A stretch of 64,000 nucleotides of DNA from Bugula neritina. Taxonomy: Eukaryota; Animalia; Bryozoa. Location: contig OZ037767.1 of NCBI GenBank assembly GCA_964035545.1, positions 16,424,581-16,488,580 on the forward strand, written 5' to 3'. The stretch's first letter is position 1, and each line of letters opens with the position of its first letter. Below are positions 12,301 to 24,625 of the stretch, one piece after another. The notes below the pieces were generated by a model. The model ran no database searches, had not been told where the DNA came from, and saw nothing but the letters and a program-made list of their open reading frames with translations. The translations under genes and the position numbers were made by a program.

Positions 12301-14912
12301 AGCTGTCGTCTGTGGTGAAAGATCCGGAAATTTCTGATGCCGTATTTTACACAGACCTCAATGGATTCACTATGTACAAGGTAACATAATATACAGAGCA
12401 CGCTGTAGACCTCAATGGATTCACTATGTACAAGGTAGTATAATATACAGAACACGTTGTAGACCTCAATGGATTCACTATGTACAAGGTAATATAATAT
12501 ACAGAACACGTTGTAGACCTCAATGGATTCACTATGTACAAGGTAATATAATATACAGAATACGTTGTAGACCTCAATGGATTCACTATGTACAAGGTAG
12601 TATAATATACAGAATACGTTGTAGACCTCAATGGATTCACTATGTACAAGGTAATATAATATACAGAATACGTTGTAGACCTCAATGGATTCACTATGTA
12701 CAAGGTAGTATAATATACAGAATACGTTGTAGACCTCAATGGATTCACTATGTACAAGGTAGTATAATATACAGAATACGTTGTAGACCTCAATGGATTC
12801 ACCATGTACAAGGTAGTATAATATACAGAACACGTTGTAGACCTCAATGGATTCACTATGTACAAGGTAATATAGTATACAGAGCACGTTGTAGACCTCA
12901 ATGGATTCACTATGTACAAGGTAATATAATATACAGAACACGTTGTAGACCTCAATGGATTCACTATGTACAAGGTAGTATAATATACAGAGCACGTTGT
13001 AGACCTCAATGGATTCACTATGTACAAGGTAGTATAATATACAGAACTCGCTGTAGACCTCAATGGATTCACTATGTACAAGGTAATATAATATACAGAA
13101 CTCGCTGTGGACCTCAATGGATTCACCATGTACAAGGTAGTATAATATACAGAACACGTTGTAGACCTCAATGGATTCACCATGTACAAGGTAACATAAT
13201 ATACAGAACTCGCTGTAGACCTCAATGGATTCACTATGTACAAGGTAGCACTGAGCTCTCGTAATGCGCACAATACGTTGTAGAGATCAATGAAATAAGT
13301 GATTCTATAACTCTAGAACTCATTGGTTTCATTATACACTGAATAGTCACGTAGCTGTAGAACTCAATGGTTTCCCTCAGTGATCTCTCACTTGTAGAGA
13401 AAGAGACAGGAGAAGATCCAGCTGCAAGGCAATGTCTACCCCATGACCAGTATGATGTACGTTGAGAATGACAGCACTAGGCTGTCGGTACTTGCTGCGC
13501 AGTCAGCTGGAGTTATCTCCTCTTCTCCTGGTGCGTTGTGGTGTCTACTTATTTGGTGATCCATCTTGTTTTCATTAAACAGATGCTGTACTTTCTACTG
13601 CAAACTGTTTGAGGATTAATTCAAATTACTCTTTGCATGTAGACAATATGCCATGGTATTCTGTTCTTTTTTTGTCAAAAATTTTGATGGTAGAATTTTC
13701 TAAGCCTAAGATTTTATCAGATTTAATCTTTAATTTTGGAAACTGGTTAGATGACCCCCAAACCATCTCTGTTTGTTTCACAGGCAATCTGCAGGTTATA
13801 TTGGATAGGAGGTTGAACCAGGATGATAACAGAGGGTTGGGACAGCCCGTCACAGACAACAAGAGAACTGAGAGCAGGTTTTATATACTCTTTGAGAAGA
13901 AAACTCCTTCTAAACATGTAAGTAGGAGTTATGCTCCCGTGTAATGTCTATGAGCAGAAGTTGTGTTCTCACATGTCGTCTTCCAATAGGAGTTATGTTC
14001 TCAAATGTTGTCTAAAGGTAGGAGTTATGTTCTCACATTTTGTCTCTAAATAAAAGCATGTAAACAATTAGTTACCAGGAGACGCAGAATGTTTATATAA
14101 GTTATCTGGTTTTAGAAAGACAAAGTTATTGGCTACCCTTCATTGACGTCGGCCATATTGTACCAGCACCTTATTAGTCCACTTATCACACTTCACGTCA
14201 GGTCTGGTAAAACCCCGCAGTCCCAGTTCATTCCCCTCACCACCAGTCTCCCCTGTGAACTAAATCTACTCAACATGAGGTCTTCATACGACTCTGTAAG
14301 TGGAGAGGTCAAGGCCGAGAGTCTCCTTCTGGTACATCACCAGGCTACAGATTGCAGTCTACCGAGCAAAGGCCTAACTTGTACTACCAACAACGGGAAA
14401 GTGAGTAGGATTTGTCTGTCTGTGTCCTTCCTTCTGTCTGTCTGTGTGTCCCTTCTTCTGTCTGTGAGTGTCTGTAGCTGAGCATCTCTCAAATATTTGA
14501 AACTGATTCATATCTATCGGCTAATGAAGCCATTTTAATTTTGAATATGATGTCATATCCTATCATTTCACTTGAAACATTTAGGCTTTCAAATTTCTAT
14601 ACGAGATTTGTCTTTCCTATTGCACTGCTATAATATGTTGGCTATTAATAGACGTATCGATCATTTTACCATTTCTGAGCCAATCACAGTATTGGTGTCG
14701 CTATTCTTTTGATTTTCACTATGAAATTTAGTTTGTACCACACGATGTCTTGCAACTTGCAGGTGAATATTGAGAGTTTATTTAAAGACTTGAAAGTTAA
14801 GAGTTTGGAGCGAAGGACTCTAACTGATTTAGAAGTTCACTCCGATTCATCAACGAGATCTCTGGACATTGGGCCAATGGACATTGCTGCATATAAGTTG
14901 ACTTTCGAATAA
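3314..14912 (+). CDS. MAN2A1: Golgi alpha-mannosidase II (GH38, type II membrane protein), about 22 coding exons
   Basis: N-terminal basic-TM-coiled stem, then [106 protein letters not shown]. Approximate exons: 3314-3421, 3959-4073, 4219-4361, 4818-4966, 5741-5912, 6272-6399, 6876-7054, 7403-7589, 7770-7947, 8400-8502, 8930-9218, 9824-9990, 10077-10245, 10740-10864, 11182-11288, 11403-11528, 11835-11946, 12226-12380, 13398-13530, 13784-13917, 14116-14400, 14763-14912. Co-orthologous to MAN2A1/MAN2A2. Confidence 0.95.
3467..3550 (+). mobile_element. tRNA-derived SINE head or tRNA pseudogene (family A)
   Basis: A-box tggtgtaatgg and B-box ggttcgaatccc are present, but the anticodon and T stems are mismatched. 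A related copy lies at 40464-40545. Confidence 0.65.
3597..3945. repeat. Intronic minisatellite, about 32-bp unit, about 11 copies
   Basis: Repeated gtgtattgtttactacttcatattatatcata ending just before the acceptor at 3958. Confidence 0.9.
5044..5262 (-). mobile_element. tRNA-derived SINE family B
   Basis: Reverse complement of the ~215-bp element at 8620, 17071 and 50978 (ggagcagc..gtggtcta..ggttcgaacc..gatgttaggaagagcatcc..taagtccttagccc..ctcacaggg). Confidence 0.85.
8620..8838 (+). mobile_element. tRNA-derived SINE family B
   Basis: Pol III A/B-box head and a body shared with three other copies in the window. Confidence 0.85.
9520..9800. repeat. Intronic minisatellite, about 18-bp unit
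   Basis: Repeated catactgacatgttgact. Confidence 0.9.
12353..13247 (+). repeat. 54-bp tandem array (17 core copies) containing an exon 3' end and splice donor
   Basis: Unit ag-ACCTCAATGGATTCACTATGTACAAG-gtaatataatatacagaacacgttgt, with cores every 54 nt from 12355 to 13219. The first copy is the real exon end (DLNGFTMYK). Confidence 0.97.
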
Positions 14913-15711
14913 TAAATAATCTTCATTTTATTTACAGTTTTTAATTTATTTTGTTTTATTTTTGTTAACTGTGCACTTAGAAAGGGGAACTTATTGAATT
15001 CACTACAGGAAAAATTAATAGTTTTAAGCTGTTATATTTTGTTGCAATAGTTCTTGCTCTCAGTATGCAAGTGTGTACATATACAATCATTACGTGTATG
15101 ACAATATATTCTATGTCTATAAATGTGAGCCGTCAGGTTTGTGAGTTATTCGAATTATTCGCTGTACATAAGGAAGTTGTGTTATAAATTAATGCAATGT
15201 AATATTATAGTTTTATATTTTACAGTTCAGTAGTGTACAGAGTAAATCATTGAAGATGTATTTACATGATGGTGGCTTTAGTGCATTTACTGTTGGAATA
15301 AATATACAGTAGTAAAGTTAAAGATTATTTTTATTTGTGGCTAGTGATGTTCAGTTTTTTAGATACCCTAACTGTTGGTGGCGTAAGTTCATCTCACTAG
15401 TCGGCTAGGTAACACTGTATAACTCAAGTGAGTAATAAATACTAAAAATAAAATAAGAATATTTTTAGTGCCTGGTTTTGTAGTTACTAAGGCTATTTGC
15501 AGGCTAAATATGATATATTGTAAGAAGTTGTTTGCTCTTATGAAATTTCAAAATTCAAAAACAAAAAAATATTCTTGCAATTATTTTGCATTGAGTTGGA
15601 ACTATTATAAATTGTTTCTATATTTTATTGCATTCCCAACACAAAATATAAGTTTCTAACAGATTGTCATAAATTCAGAGGTCATACGGGTAAAAGTTAT
15701 AAGTTCAGAGG

Positions 15712-18114
15712 TCATAAGGTCGAAACTCTCCTTTCTACCACAGTTCTATCGGCCATTTTCTGTTTGTACGATTTCTTGACGAGGTCGGATATGGAGACAG
15801 CATCGAAGGAGTCGTGTTTCTCGTAGCGTTTGATCCACTCCTGTCTGAGGAACTTGATTTGGTTGATGAGTCGATCAACGACATCGATGATGAGACAGTA
15901 GCACAGGATGTACACAGCGACGCCGATGGTGGCGTAAATTGCGTGCTGTGGAGTAAAACGTCGCGATAAATACAATCATAAGCAAGTTATACTTCACTGT
16001 TTGATTTTATTATCAAATTTTAATTACATTGACAAATGACCAGCTATTGAAAAATATTTTAATGTCAACGAATTCAATTACAAAAATTAGAAAATCTCAA
16101 ATTTCGCACAACCCTCTACAGCTGAATGCCTTCAGTTTACACATGCAGCAGCACTTTCTGTTCTTACTGATGCCTCAGACAGCTGGCGTGAACATTTAGA
16201 GACAAGCCACTTTGAGTGCAACTGTTAGTTACAGTTGAGAAGTAAATTCAATCAACGACGACTAAATATATCACTCACTCCTTCAACTAAATATATGACT
16301 CACTCATTTAACTAAAATATATTACTCACTCCTTTAACTAAAATATATACTCACTCGTTTAACTAATGACTTGATCTTTGAAACACAACCAAATGGCCAG
16401 ACTACAGTTTGAATTTGAGCTGTGGTCTCCTTCAGTACTTTGTAGGCACACTTTGTGTTGATTATCTACAAGAGGGCGTATCACAGAATGAGGCGGTGCT
16501 CTTATGCAAACGTGTAACGTGCAAAACAAGCATGAAACGTGCAAACTTGAGAAAACTCTTTCAATAAACAAAATAATGAATCATTGAAGTTAAATTATTT
16601 TAGAATACATTTAAAGATACTTTATAGTGACAGTGTGATAACTACACAGGTTATGGTTAATTATTCTGCTTTGAGTTTACATCCTCTCCCACAGCTAACA
16701 ACCAAACAATACAGTTACTGGGAAATAACTATCTGTTTCTCACATCAGCGTCGATATCATTGGGTGCCATGCAGCAGGAAAACGGGAGGGAACAACTCTC
16801 CGTGCTGGGGTTGTCATCAGTACAGTTGAAGTATCTGTTGCCATTCCAGTCGTTGTACGAGTCTTCACCGGCACCACAGCACTTGAGGGATAACTGGCAA
16901 AACGGAGACAGACTAAGATGGCTACCACTAACCTCGGTAGTTTATAGTAGTTAATAAGAGTATATGAGCAATCACTCATATTGTTGGTTATTTAGGAGTT
17001 CTTAACGTATAATTTTCTGTTATCATAAAGGCTTGAGGCCTATTTGCATGGTGCCATAAATTTGAAACAGGGAGCAGCCATGGTCTAAAGGCTAGAGCAT
17101 TGACTTAGTAAACCTGTAGTCATAGGTTTGAACTCCAACAAATGTCATGTTGAGAAGAGCCTCTAGTTATAATGGCTTCTGTGTCACATATGAATAAGTC
17201 CTTAGCCCTTCATATCAGGGTTTCTCACAGGGATGGCGACTATAAACTTTTCGAAGTTTTTAAAAACTTGCTTTAACCCTATTTCTATAGCATTATAAGG
17301 GCTTGAATCCCATTGGTATGATACTATAGGAGTTTGAACACAATTATAGCAATGAGGTTTCATTCAAGTAGAAATGTTTTACCTGAATAAAGTCAATAAT
17401 ATTTTGGAGGTCAATATCTTCTGTGTACTGGACAATAGCAGTCTTCTTCACAAACTCTTGGATGTACTTCACCGATACAGAAGCAAATATAATCAAACAG
17501 ACAATAGCGACGATTTGCAGTCCTAGGATTATTATCAACACATATCTGAAGAACCTACAAGCAGACAAACAGAGATATTCTGCAGTCTCAACACATACTT
17601 GAAAAACCCACAAGCAGTTAAAGTGACTTGAAAGAGTCAAATAAAAAGCTTCAATGACATTCAAGTCTTAATTCAATTTGATAATAAGATTTTAGCTTGG
17701 TTTTTCAATAATATATTTTTCCTTGCTCTACTATAAATGTTTATAGTTTGAATAACACCAAAGTATAATTTGTTTGTTAGAAACAAACATGTATTACGTC
17801 TCATATATTATAAACTAAAAACAAACTTGCACGCACCGTATATTATAAGTTAGAAACAAGGATGTACGTACTGTATATTATAAGCTAGAGACAAGGATGT
17901 ACGTACCGTAGTAGACCAATGTTCTGACGTAAAGTTCCAACGCAACCAGCGAATGATAGACTGAACACAACAAAGCCAAGGATGGAGAAGACAATAGCAA
18001 TATCTGTTACCACATCAAGGACTCCCTGAATAGTTCTACTCTCTATAATTGGAAGCAAGACTGTATCATATAGCAGTAGTAGTAGCAGAAGTAGTAGTAG
18101 TAGTAGTAGTAGTA

Positions 18115-18198
<84 letters not shown>

Positions 18199-18352
18199 AA
18201 GTAGCAGTAGCAGCGGTGGCGGCGGCAGCAGCAGCAGTAGTAGCATTACTAGCAGTAGTAGTAGTAGTAGTAGTAGTAGCAGTAGTAGTAGTAGCAGTAC
18301 TAGTACTAGTAGTAGTAGCAGTAGTAGCAGTAGTAGCAGTAGTAGCAGCAGC

Positions 18353-18384
<32 letters not shown>

Positions 18385-18916
18385 CAGTACTAGTAGTAGT
18401 AGTAGTAGTACTAGCAGTTGCACACTTCACATACTCTGTTTTTGAGTCTTCTGTACAAAAGCCCAGATGCCGATCAGAATGGTGAGGAGACCCACCAACC
18501 AGAACACCACATTCATTGCGAAGATTGTCCACCGCAAAGCAGGGCTGACCACACCGGAGAGGTTCTTGGAGAGTTTCTCCATTTTCCGTTCATGAGCAGC
18601 TTTGTATCTCTCAGCAATGAGACTCCGGTCTCTTTCATCTCTGCTGCCTTTGGAATAAATAATATCTGTCTTATATACTGAATCGTATAAGGGTAGTGGT
18701 GGTAGTAGTAGTAGTAGTAGGTACAACAGTTACAGTACTGATACAAGTTGGTAGCGACAGTTGTTTGTCCTATCAACCATAAAAAATAATAGCATTAGTA
18801 GCAGTGACAAGTTAGTAGTTATAACAGTATTAGCAGAACGAATAGTTACTAGTTAGTAGTAGCAAAATACCTTGACTCTTTTGACCACTTGGTAAACTTT
18901 TGGTGACAGATTGCAT
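15712..18916 (-). CDS. Tetraspanin, TspanC8-like (TSPAN5/17/33 group), about 7 coding exons
   Basis: Four TM segments, FAGCVGTLRQN, and a large loop IDLQNIIDFIQ-LSLKCCG..YNDWNGNRYFNCTDDNPSTESCSLPFSCC..INTKC..GC with 8 Cys. Exon phases join consistently from MQSVTKSL (ATG 18916) to RRVSTL*. Confidence 0.88.
17071..17262 (+). mobile_element. tRNA-derived SINE family B (diverged)
   Basis: Colinear similarity to 8620-8838 and 50978-51193. Confidence 0.75.
18070..18416. repeat. (TAG)n/(CAG)n trinucleotide microsatellite in a tetraspanin intron
   Basis: Read directly. It explains the poly-T, poly-L and poly-V pseudo-ORFs. Confidence 0.97.
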
Positions 18917-19334
18917 GTTTAACTTTCACTTGAATATATCGGCTGGGAAATAATCAGTATGAATTAAATGTATTGTTGATGAAATGCCTTCCATATTTTG
19001 TAATAGCAATCATTATGTAAGAAAACATTGTTATAATTAAAATTAATACCATAAATACTTAAAAAATAGTTTTCACAACTTTTACAGGAATCAGTAACAA
19101 CCTACAAGATATCATTAAACTGAGAGAAGCAATAATACACAACTAATCTTGTTTATTGGTCAACATGCCGGGCTTTAGCCAATACAACTGCATGTTACAG
19201 CTTATTGCTATATTTACAAAAAATATATTTAAAAGATCAGAAATAAAATTAATGTCCATAATGCTAATTTAGTGTTTGTAATGTCCACTGGGAAGAGGTG
19301 AGTGTACTTAAGGGGTGGATACAAGAAAGGGGGG

Positions 19335-22300
19335 TCAGGTCTGTTTCATTGCCTTCTTCTCATCGTAAATGTATCTCTTAAAGGAGAGTAGAATCTCAAT
19401 GCTGTCTGAGCCAGACACGACGTCATCACCTGACGCTGACTTTGACTTTTTCTTACCGGCAGCTGACAATCGAGACTTTGCATCTTCATTTAGTGGTTCT
19501 ACAAACAGCAGCCAATACTACTTGTGTGATGACATAACGCAAGGGGGTCACATGATGTAGAAACACTATATTTATATTGATAATCAAAAGGAACAAATCA
19601 ATATGTGTGAGTTGAGCAACATTTGAGTGAAAGAGAAAACATATGACGCATTTAATCATAACCAACGTAGCCAAGATATCCAGCAAAGTACATGTTTACC
19701 TTGATAACTAGTTTAGAATTGACAAACCTCGAAAAGTGACCTTGAACTTTCCGCTCTGACCGAAGCTGCCCTCGATAACTCCTGCTTCACCGGTACTCAG
19801 CTCCACCTTCATACCAACAAACGATTGAATGTTGGTTTCTTTTTTAAATAAGTTTCTATAGTGAAAACAAAACTGTCACTATAGCAACTGTCTCCATGGC
19901 AACAGTCACCATGGCAACTGTGATTCAAACCATACAGCAGGCATATTGAATCAATGTATAAGATAGCGCTACCTACAATGCTTTCGCTGCAGTCAAAACA
20001 GGAAAAATTCAACTCCACAATATGCAGCTCTAGTTTATCGTAAGTTAAATATTTTTACCAGAAACCATATTTTTATATTTCCTGTGTAAACATACGCAAG
20101 ACGATTGATTTGTCAAGTAAATATAAGTTACCTTCCAATCACAGTATAATCATCTACCATTCGCTCCACTACGCCTTTTCTCTCTTTAGATTTATACACT
20201 TTCAGGTCACTCAACTCTAAAACCAGTCAACAATACTACAGTTCTGTAACACTATATGTATACAATACTACAGATCTGTCACACTACATGTATACAATAC
20301 TACAGATCTGTAACACTACATGTATACAACACTGTAACATGTACACAATGCGACAGTGGCACAAATCTAGAATAATATAAGATTGAAAGTGTGCTATGTA
20401 TAGTAAGATATAAACAAAACACAAAACCAGGAAAACTAGTAATCATTACAGACTGGCCTGTCTTTTAGCAAACATCAAAATGACAGAAAATATTTATTCA
20501 CATGCCTTCAGCCAATCAGAACATATCACTTATCTTCCGAAAGTCATTAGCCAATCAGAGAACTGGTACTTTAAACTCACTTGTTTTCTGATAGTCTGCA
20601 TCAGTAAATGACTGAATCAGTTTGCCATGAAAAGCTATTCTACAGGACTGAGTATTCACATCCAAATCTAGTTTACTTCCTATAAACAGAGCTTCATCCA
20701 TGCACGTGATTGGCTTCTCAAACTGCAACAATAAATATAATTGGCTAGAAATCCCACATAATAAAATGGCTCGATAACTCCAAAGAAGTTAAATTAAAGT
20801 GAATTAGTTCCCAACAAATAAGCTTCAACCAGAATAGCAATTAAGGTTTGCCAGTGAAAAATAGATAAAACTATAGTTATTAATATCAGATGGGAAAAAC
20901 ACCAAAAGAATTCCTATTGCCCAGCCACTAAAAGTCACGTAGTCACCGTGAATATACCTTGCAACTTGAATGCTTCATTTTGTAAATGAAACTTTAAAAT
21001 GAGAGCAACTTTAGAGCTCAGTGTTTTGTGAAAGCTACTTTTATTCATGCCACGTAGCTAGACCTGATTGCAAAGTTCACAAGCTCCGCCCTGCATTAAC
21101 ATAACATTAAACCTTAAGTATAGGCTGATAGAAGGTAGTAACTGTGTGTGTATCAAATTTTATTTCACTTTCTTCCCCAACTTTACTTATCACTATGCAA
21201 GTCCAAACTTGCCCGAAGTACACTACAACTTCTATCCCATAATGCCAAGTAACACAAACCTGCAGTAAAGCGTAGAAACCAGAGTTTGAAGATTCCCCTG
21301 CATTGAGCTCTTCAACATAGATAAACTCATGGCTCCATATGAATCCAACATCTCCCTCTCTGTTTGCTAAATAACAACTAACTGTTTTACTTTTACTAGC
21401 CATGTGGTGAAGTGAACTTGCTTAATAATTAAATTAATTAAATTAAATTAATTTAATTAAACTAATTAAATTAAACTAATAAAATTAAACTACAAAAACA
21501 GCTCTAAACAAATAAATAAGAAAAGTTAAAAATAGACTAAATTTCTAAAAATAACTGGCTTAGGGAATTATTTTTACGATGGAAGTATTTCATTTTCATA
21601 TGACCGAATAAAAGATGATGCATTAAAGTTATTTTCAATATAACTATTCATAACTGCTTCATTCTAGTTACTACCCCTGTACACTGTGCTGCAGTCTAGT
21701 TACTACCCCTGTACACTGTGAGGAGTGTCACAGGAAAAAGTGTGTAAACCTGCCTGTTGCAAAGAGCTGAAGACTCGCCATGACGGTGTCGTGTCCGATG
21801 GTAATGTGGAACTTATGTTTGCTGGAGATGACGGACTTGTAGTAGGCTATCCTGTGTATGGAAACTATAGCCCCGTGAACCTGAGACATTGTCGATGCGG
21901 CGCATACATATCCCCTCTCAAACTGACTCGGGTCAAACTGCGTCACGCAGATACCCAGCCTATCTCCCTGAAATCATCACACAGGAATTTAAGAATATAT
22001 AACTTTGTGTTCTTTATACAAATCTAAATTGCAACACAAATTATTTTGTTGGAAATACACTGGCTTCAACTATAAGACAAGTTTACCTGTTTAGCTGATG
22101 TAACAGGCTTCCGAAACATCTGCATTGATTTGACTTTCTTTGTGACTTTTAAATGGGGGATTTCTACGGTCTATAACAGAATATATTTACAAATACACTG
22201 ATTCTTCTAGATAAGACAATTACTGGACACGTATAAAATAACAGAACTGCATAATTACCTTAAGACTTAACAGTAATAAATGATACTACTCTGCTAAACA

Positions 22301-24625
22301 TGTTAGGTGCATTCCAACAGCTTTTCTTATGCTATTGATCAACTTTTGGTGAGTAACTTATTTGAAGACTAGTACCAAACCTTATGCAGATAAACTTGAG
22401 AAGAACATGGGGAGACAATTAGTTTCTGATCTATAGCAAGAGTTGTCTTTTCATACACATTTTTTTCGTCAAATAACATAAGGCTATACCAAGAAGTAAA
22501 CACTTTAACTAGTAATGAATAGGCAGAGAGATTTACAGGCAGAGGTGTACATACAGGGGTGTACATGCAGGAGTGTACATACAGGGGTGTACATACAGGG
22601 GTGTATATACTAAAAAGGTAGGCTAATCTGCTAGGTGACTCATAATCTGGAATCTTCTAAATAAACTTACATCGTTGACATTGACTTGACCTTGAAGTAT
22701 AGTGCCGGTCATAACAGTTCCCTGGCCTCGAATACTGAAGCAATGATCTGCAGAGAATATGAAGGGCTTGTCTACATTCCGCTGGGGGACATAACTCCGG
22801 GTTTTTATTGCCTCAATGAGATCAGCCACGCCCACGCAGTTGGACAGGTCTGGCTATGAATTAGTACAACACAGTAACACTGTTGGACAACTTTCATTAT
22901 GTTGTATATATACTATATTATACATATATACTATATTATATATACTACATTATATATACTAGATTATATATACTATATTATGATAGACTATATTATAATA
23001 TACTATGTTATGATAGACTATATTATATATACTATAATATATACTGGAATACATATAACTTCTCACACTGAACACTGGCATTGCACGAGTCAAAAGACTT
23101 ACATTTTCAGCAGCTCCAGGATTTGCAGCCACCGCCACTATTGGACTTCCAGAGAATCTGGTATTTTCTAATGTTTTCAGCATACGTTTGGTGACCTGCC
23201 AATCATACATATATTACTGTCACATATATTATGGTCACATAATACACACTGGTTCATTATACTAGAGTTTTAAACCCAGTCATATATATTACTATTTTAT
23301 ACAAAGACATGTTTTCACCTTTTCAATGGAAGAAGACCTTTTCTCCACAGGAAGTAGATCAACTTTATTCAAGACAACTATCATTCTGTCACAGAGAATC
23401 TCTCCTATTACCAGACACTCTGCCGTCTGTGTCTGCACCCCCTTCACTACATCCACCACTAGCAGCATCATGTCAATTATCTGCGATCCTGAAAATCCAA
23501 AGTCTATGTACGAAAGACATTAAAGCAGAACGGAGGAGCTTTCACATTTATTTTCAGCACATACTGCGTGACTTCTCAATTTTCTCAACCCATATTTTAT
23601 TTATAACACAGCAAAAAACTATCAAAAAACAAAAACTAGCATTTGCAGTTAAACAGGCTTTAAATATGAAGGCATCTTTAACTATATCATACACACCGCC
23701 AATGATTGTGCGAATAAGAGAGGCATGGCCTGGACAATCTACCAAAGTAATTTGCATCTTATTGGTTGAATCATTTTTCTCTGCGACTTGATTGGATAGT
23801 TTTATGTGTTCTGGTACATCAACTGCAAAGGATGAGAACCCCAGATCTAATGTTATTCCCCTTTCCTTGCTCTAAAATAGGTGTGTCGCAATTCTAAAGC
23901 AACATGCAAAGAAATGTTAAATTCTAAGAAAATCTAGGTTTGACAATAAATTGATAAACTGTTTAGACCGTTGTATTTCTATACGCCAACTTTATTGTAT
24001 ACGAGGCTAAAGGCCTGGTCATACACTCGTGAGAATCACAAAAAATTTGTGTGAATATTGTCGTGAGTTATCCTTTCGTTATGACCAGCCAAACGCTAGC
24101 CAGACGAAATACATAATAAATAGTCTGTGAATGAGTCTTGCACGAGATACAAACAGCAAAAAATTTCTAGACACAGAAATGTGGTAGAAATGAAATAATC
24201 ACTGTTGTTAAAATTTTATTGACCAATCAAATGATGCTTATAGTCAATTGAGTTTTTCCATCTATCGTCATCAGTGGATGCACCCAGCGAACATGATTTC
24301 ATATGAATTCCCTAAAATTTGATCGTACGTTTGTGTGTTCGTGTAAAATATATGATTTTGTGTAATTCTCACGAGTGTGTGGCCAGGCCTTAAGAGTTTA
24401 TAAGCGTAATAGTACATACAGAAACTATAGTTGTCAACTCTCATTTCATTGTACGGTTTGAAAATTGATGACTATGAATAACAATAACAATAATATCAGC
24501 TAATGTAGTGTTACCTGAGGGTTTTTGTCAAAGGCTGCTGTGCTGGCTGTTGTGCTTAGGGCTTTCACAAGACTGGTTTTCCCAGAGTCAACATGCCCCA
24601 AAACACCCACATTGAAATTAAACAT
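19335..24625 (-). CDS. EEFSEC: Selenocysteine-specific translation elongation factor eEFSec, about 12 exons
   Basis: MFNFNVGVLGHVDSGKTSL..STAAFDKNPQ, RGITLDLGFSSF, ITLVDCPGHASLIRTIIGG, DHCFSIRGQGTVMTGT, KKVKSMQMFRKPV, GDRLGICVTQFD, CRIAFHG, GVIEGSFGQSGKFKV, and C-terminal LSFKRYIYD..KQT* (TGA 19337-19335). Confidence 0.96.
24011..24390. mobile_element. MITE, PIF/Harbinger (Tourist-like)
   Basis: TIRs aggcctggtcatacactcgtgagaat / attctcacgagtgtgtggccaggcct, with TAA on both sides (24008-10, 24391-93). Confidence 0.85.

Noticed and set aside
12353-13247. CRISPR-like appearance (26-nt constant core plus 28-nt variable part)
   Set aside because: The spacers are near-identical variants of one sequence, the core is host exon sequence, there are no cas genes, and the DNA is eukaryotic.
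12216-13273. 351-aa and 308-aa antisense ORFs
   Set aside because: They are translations of the 54-bp array. The unit is a multiple of 3 and lacks stops on that strand.
19130-19337. eEFSec ends in TGA, suggesting autoregulatory Sec read-through
   Set aside because: The stop follows the normal conserved C-terminus, and I see no AUGA/AA/GA SECIS-like hairpin in the short 3' UTR.
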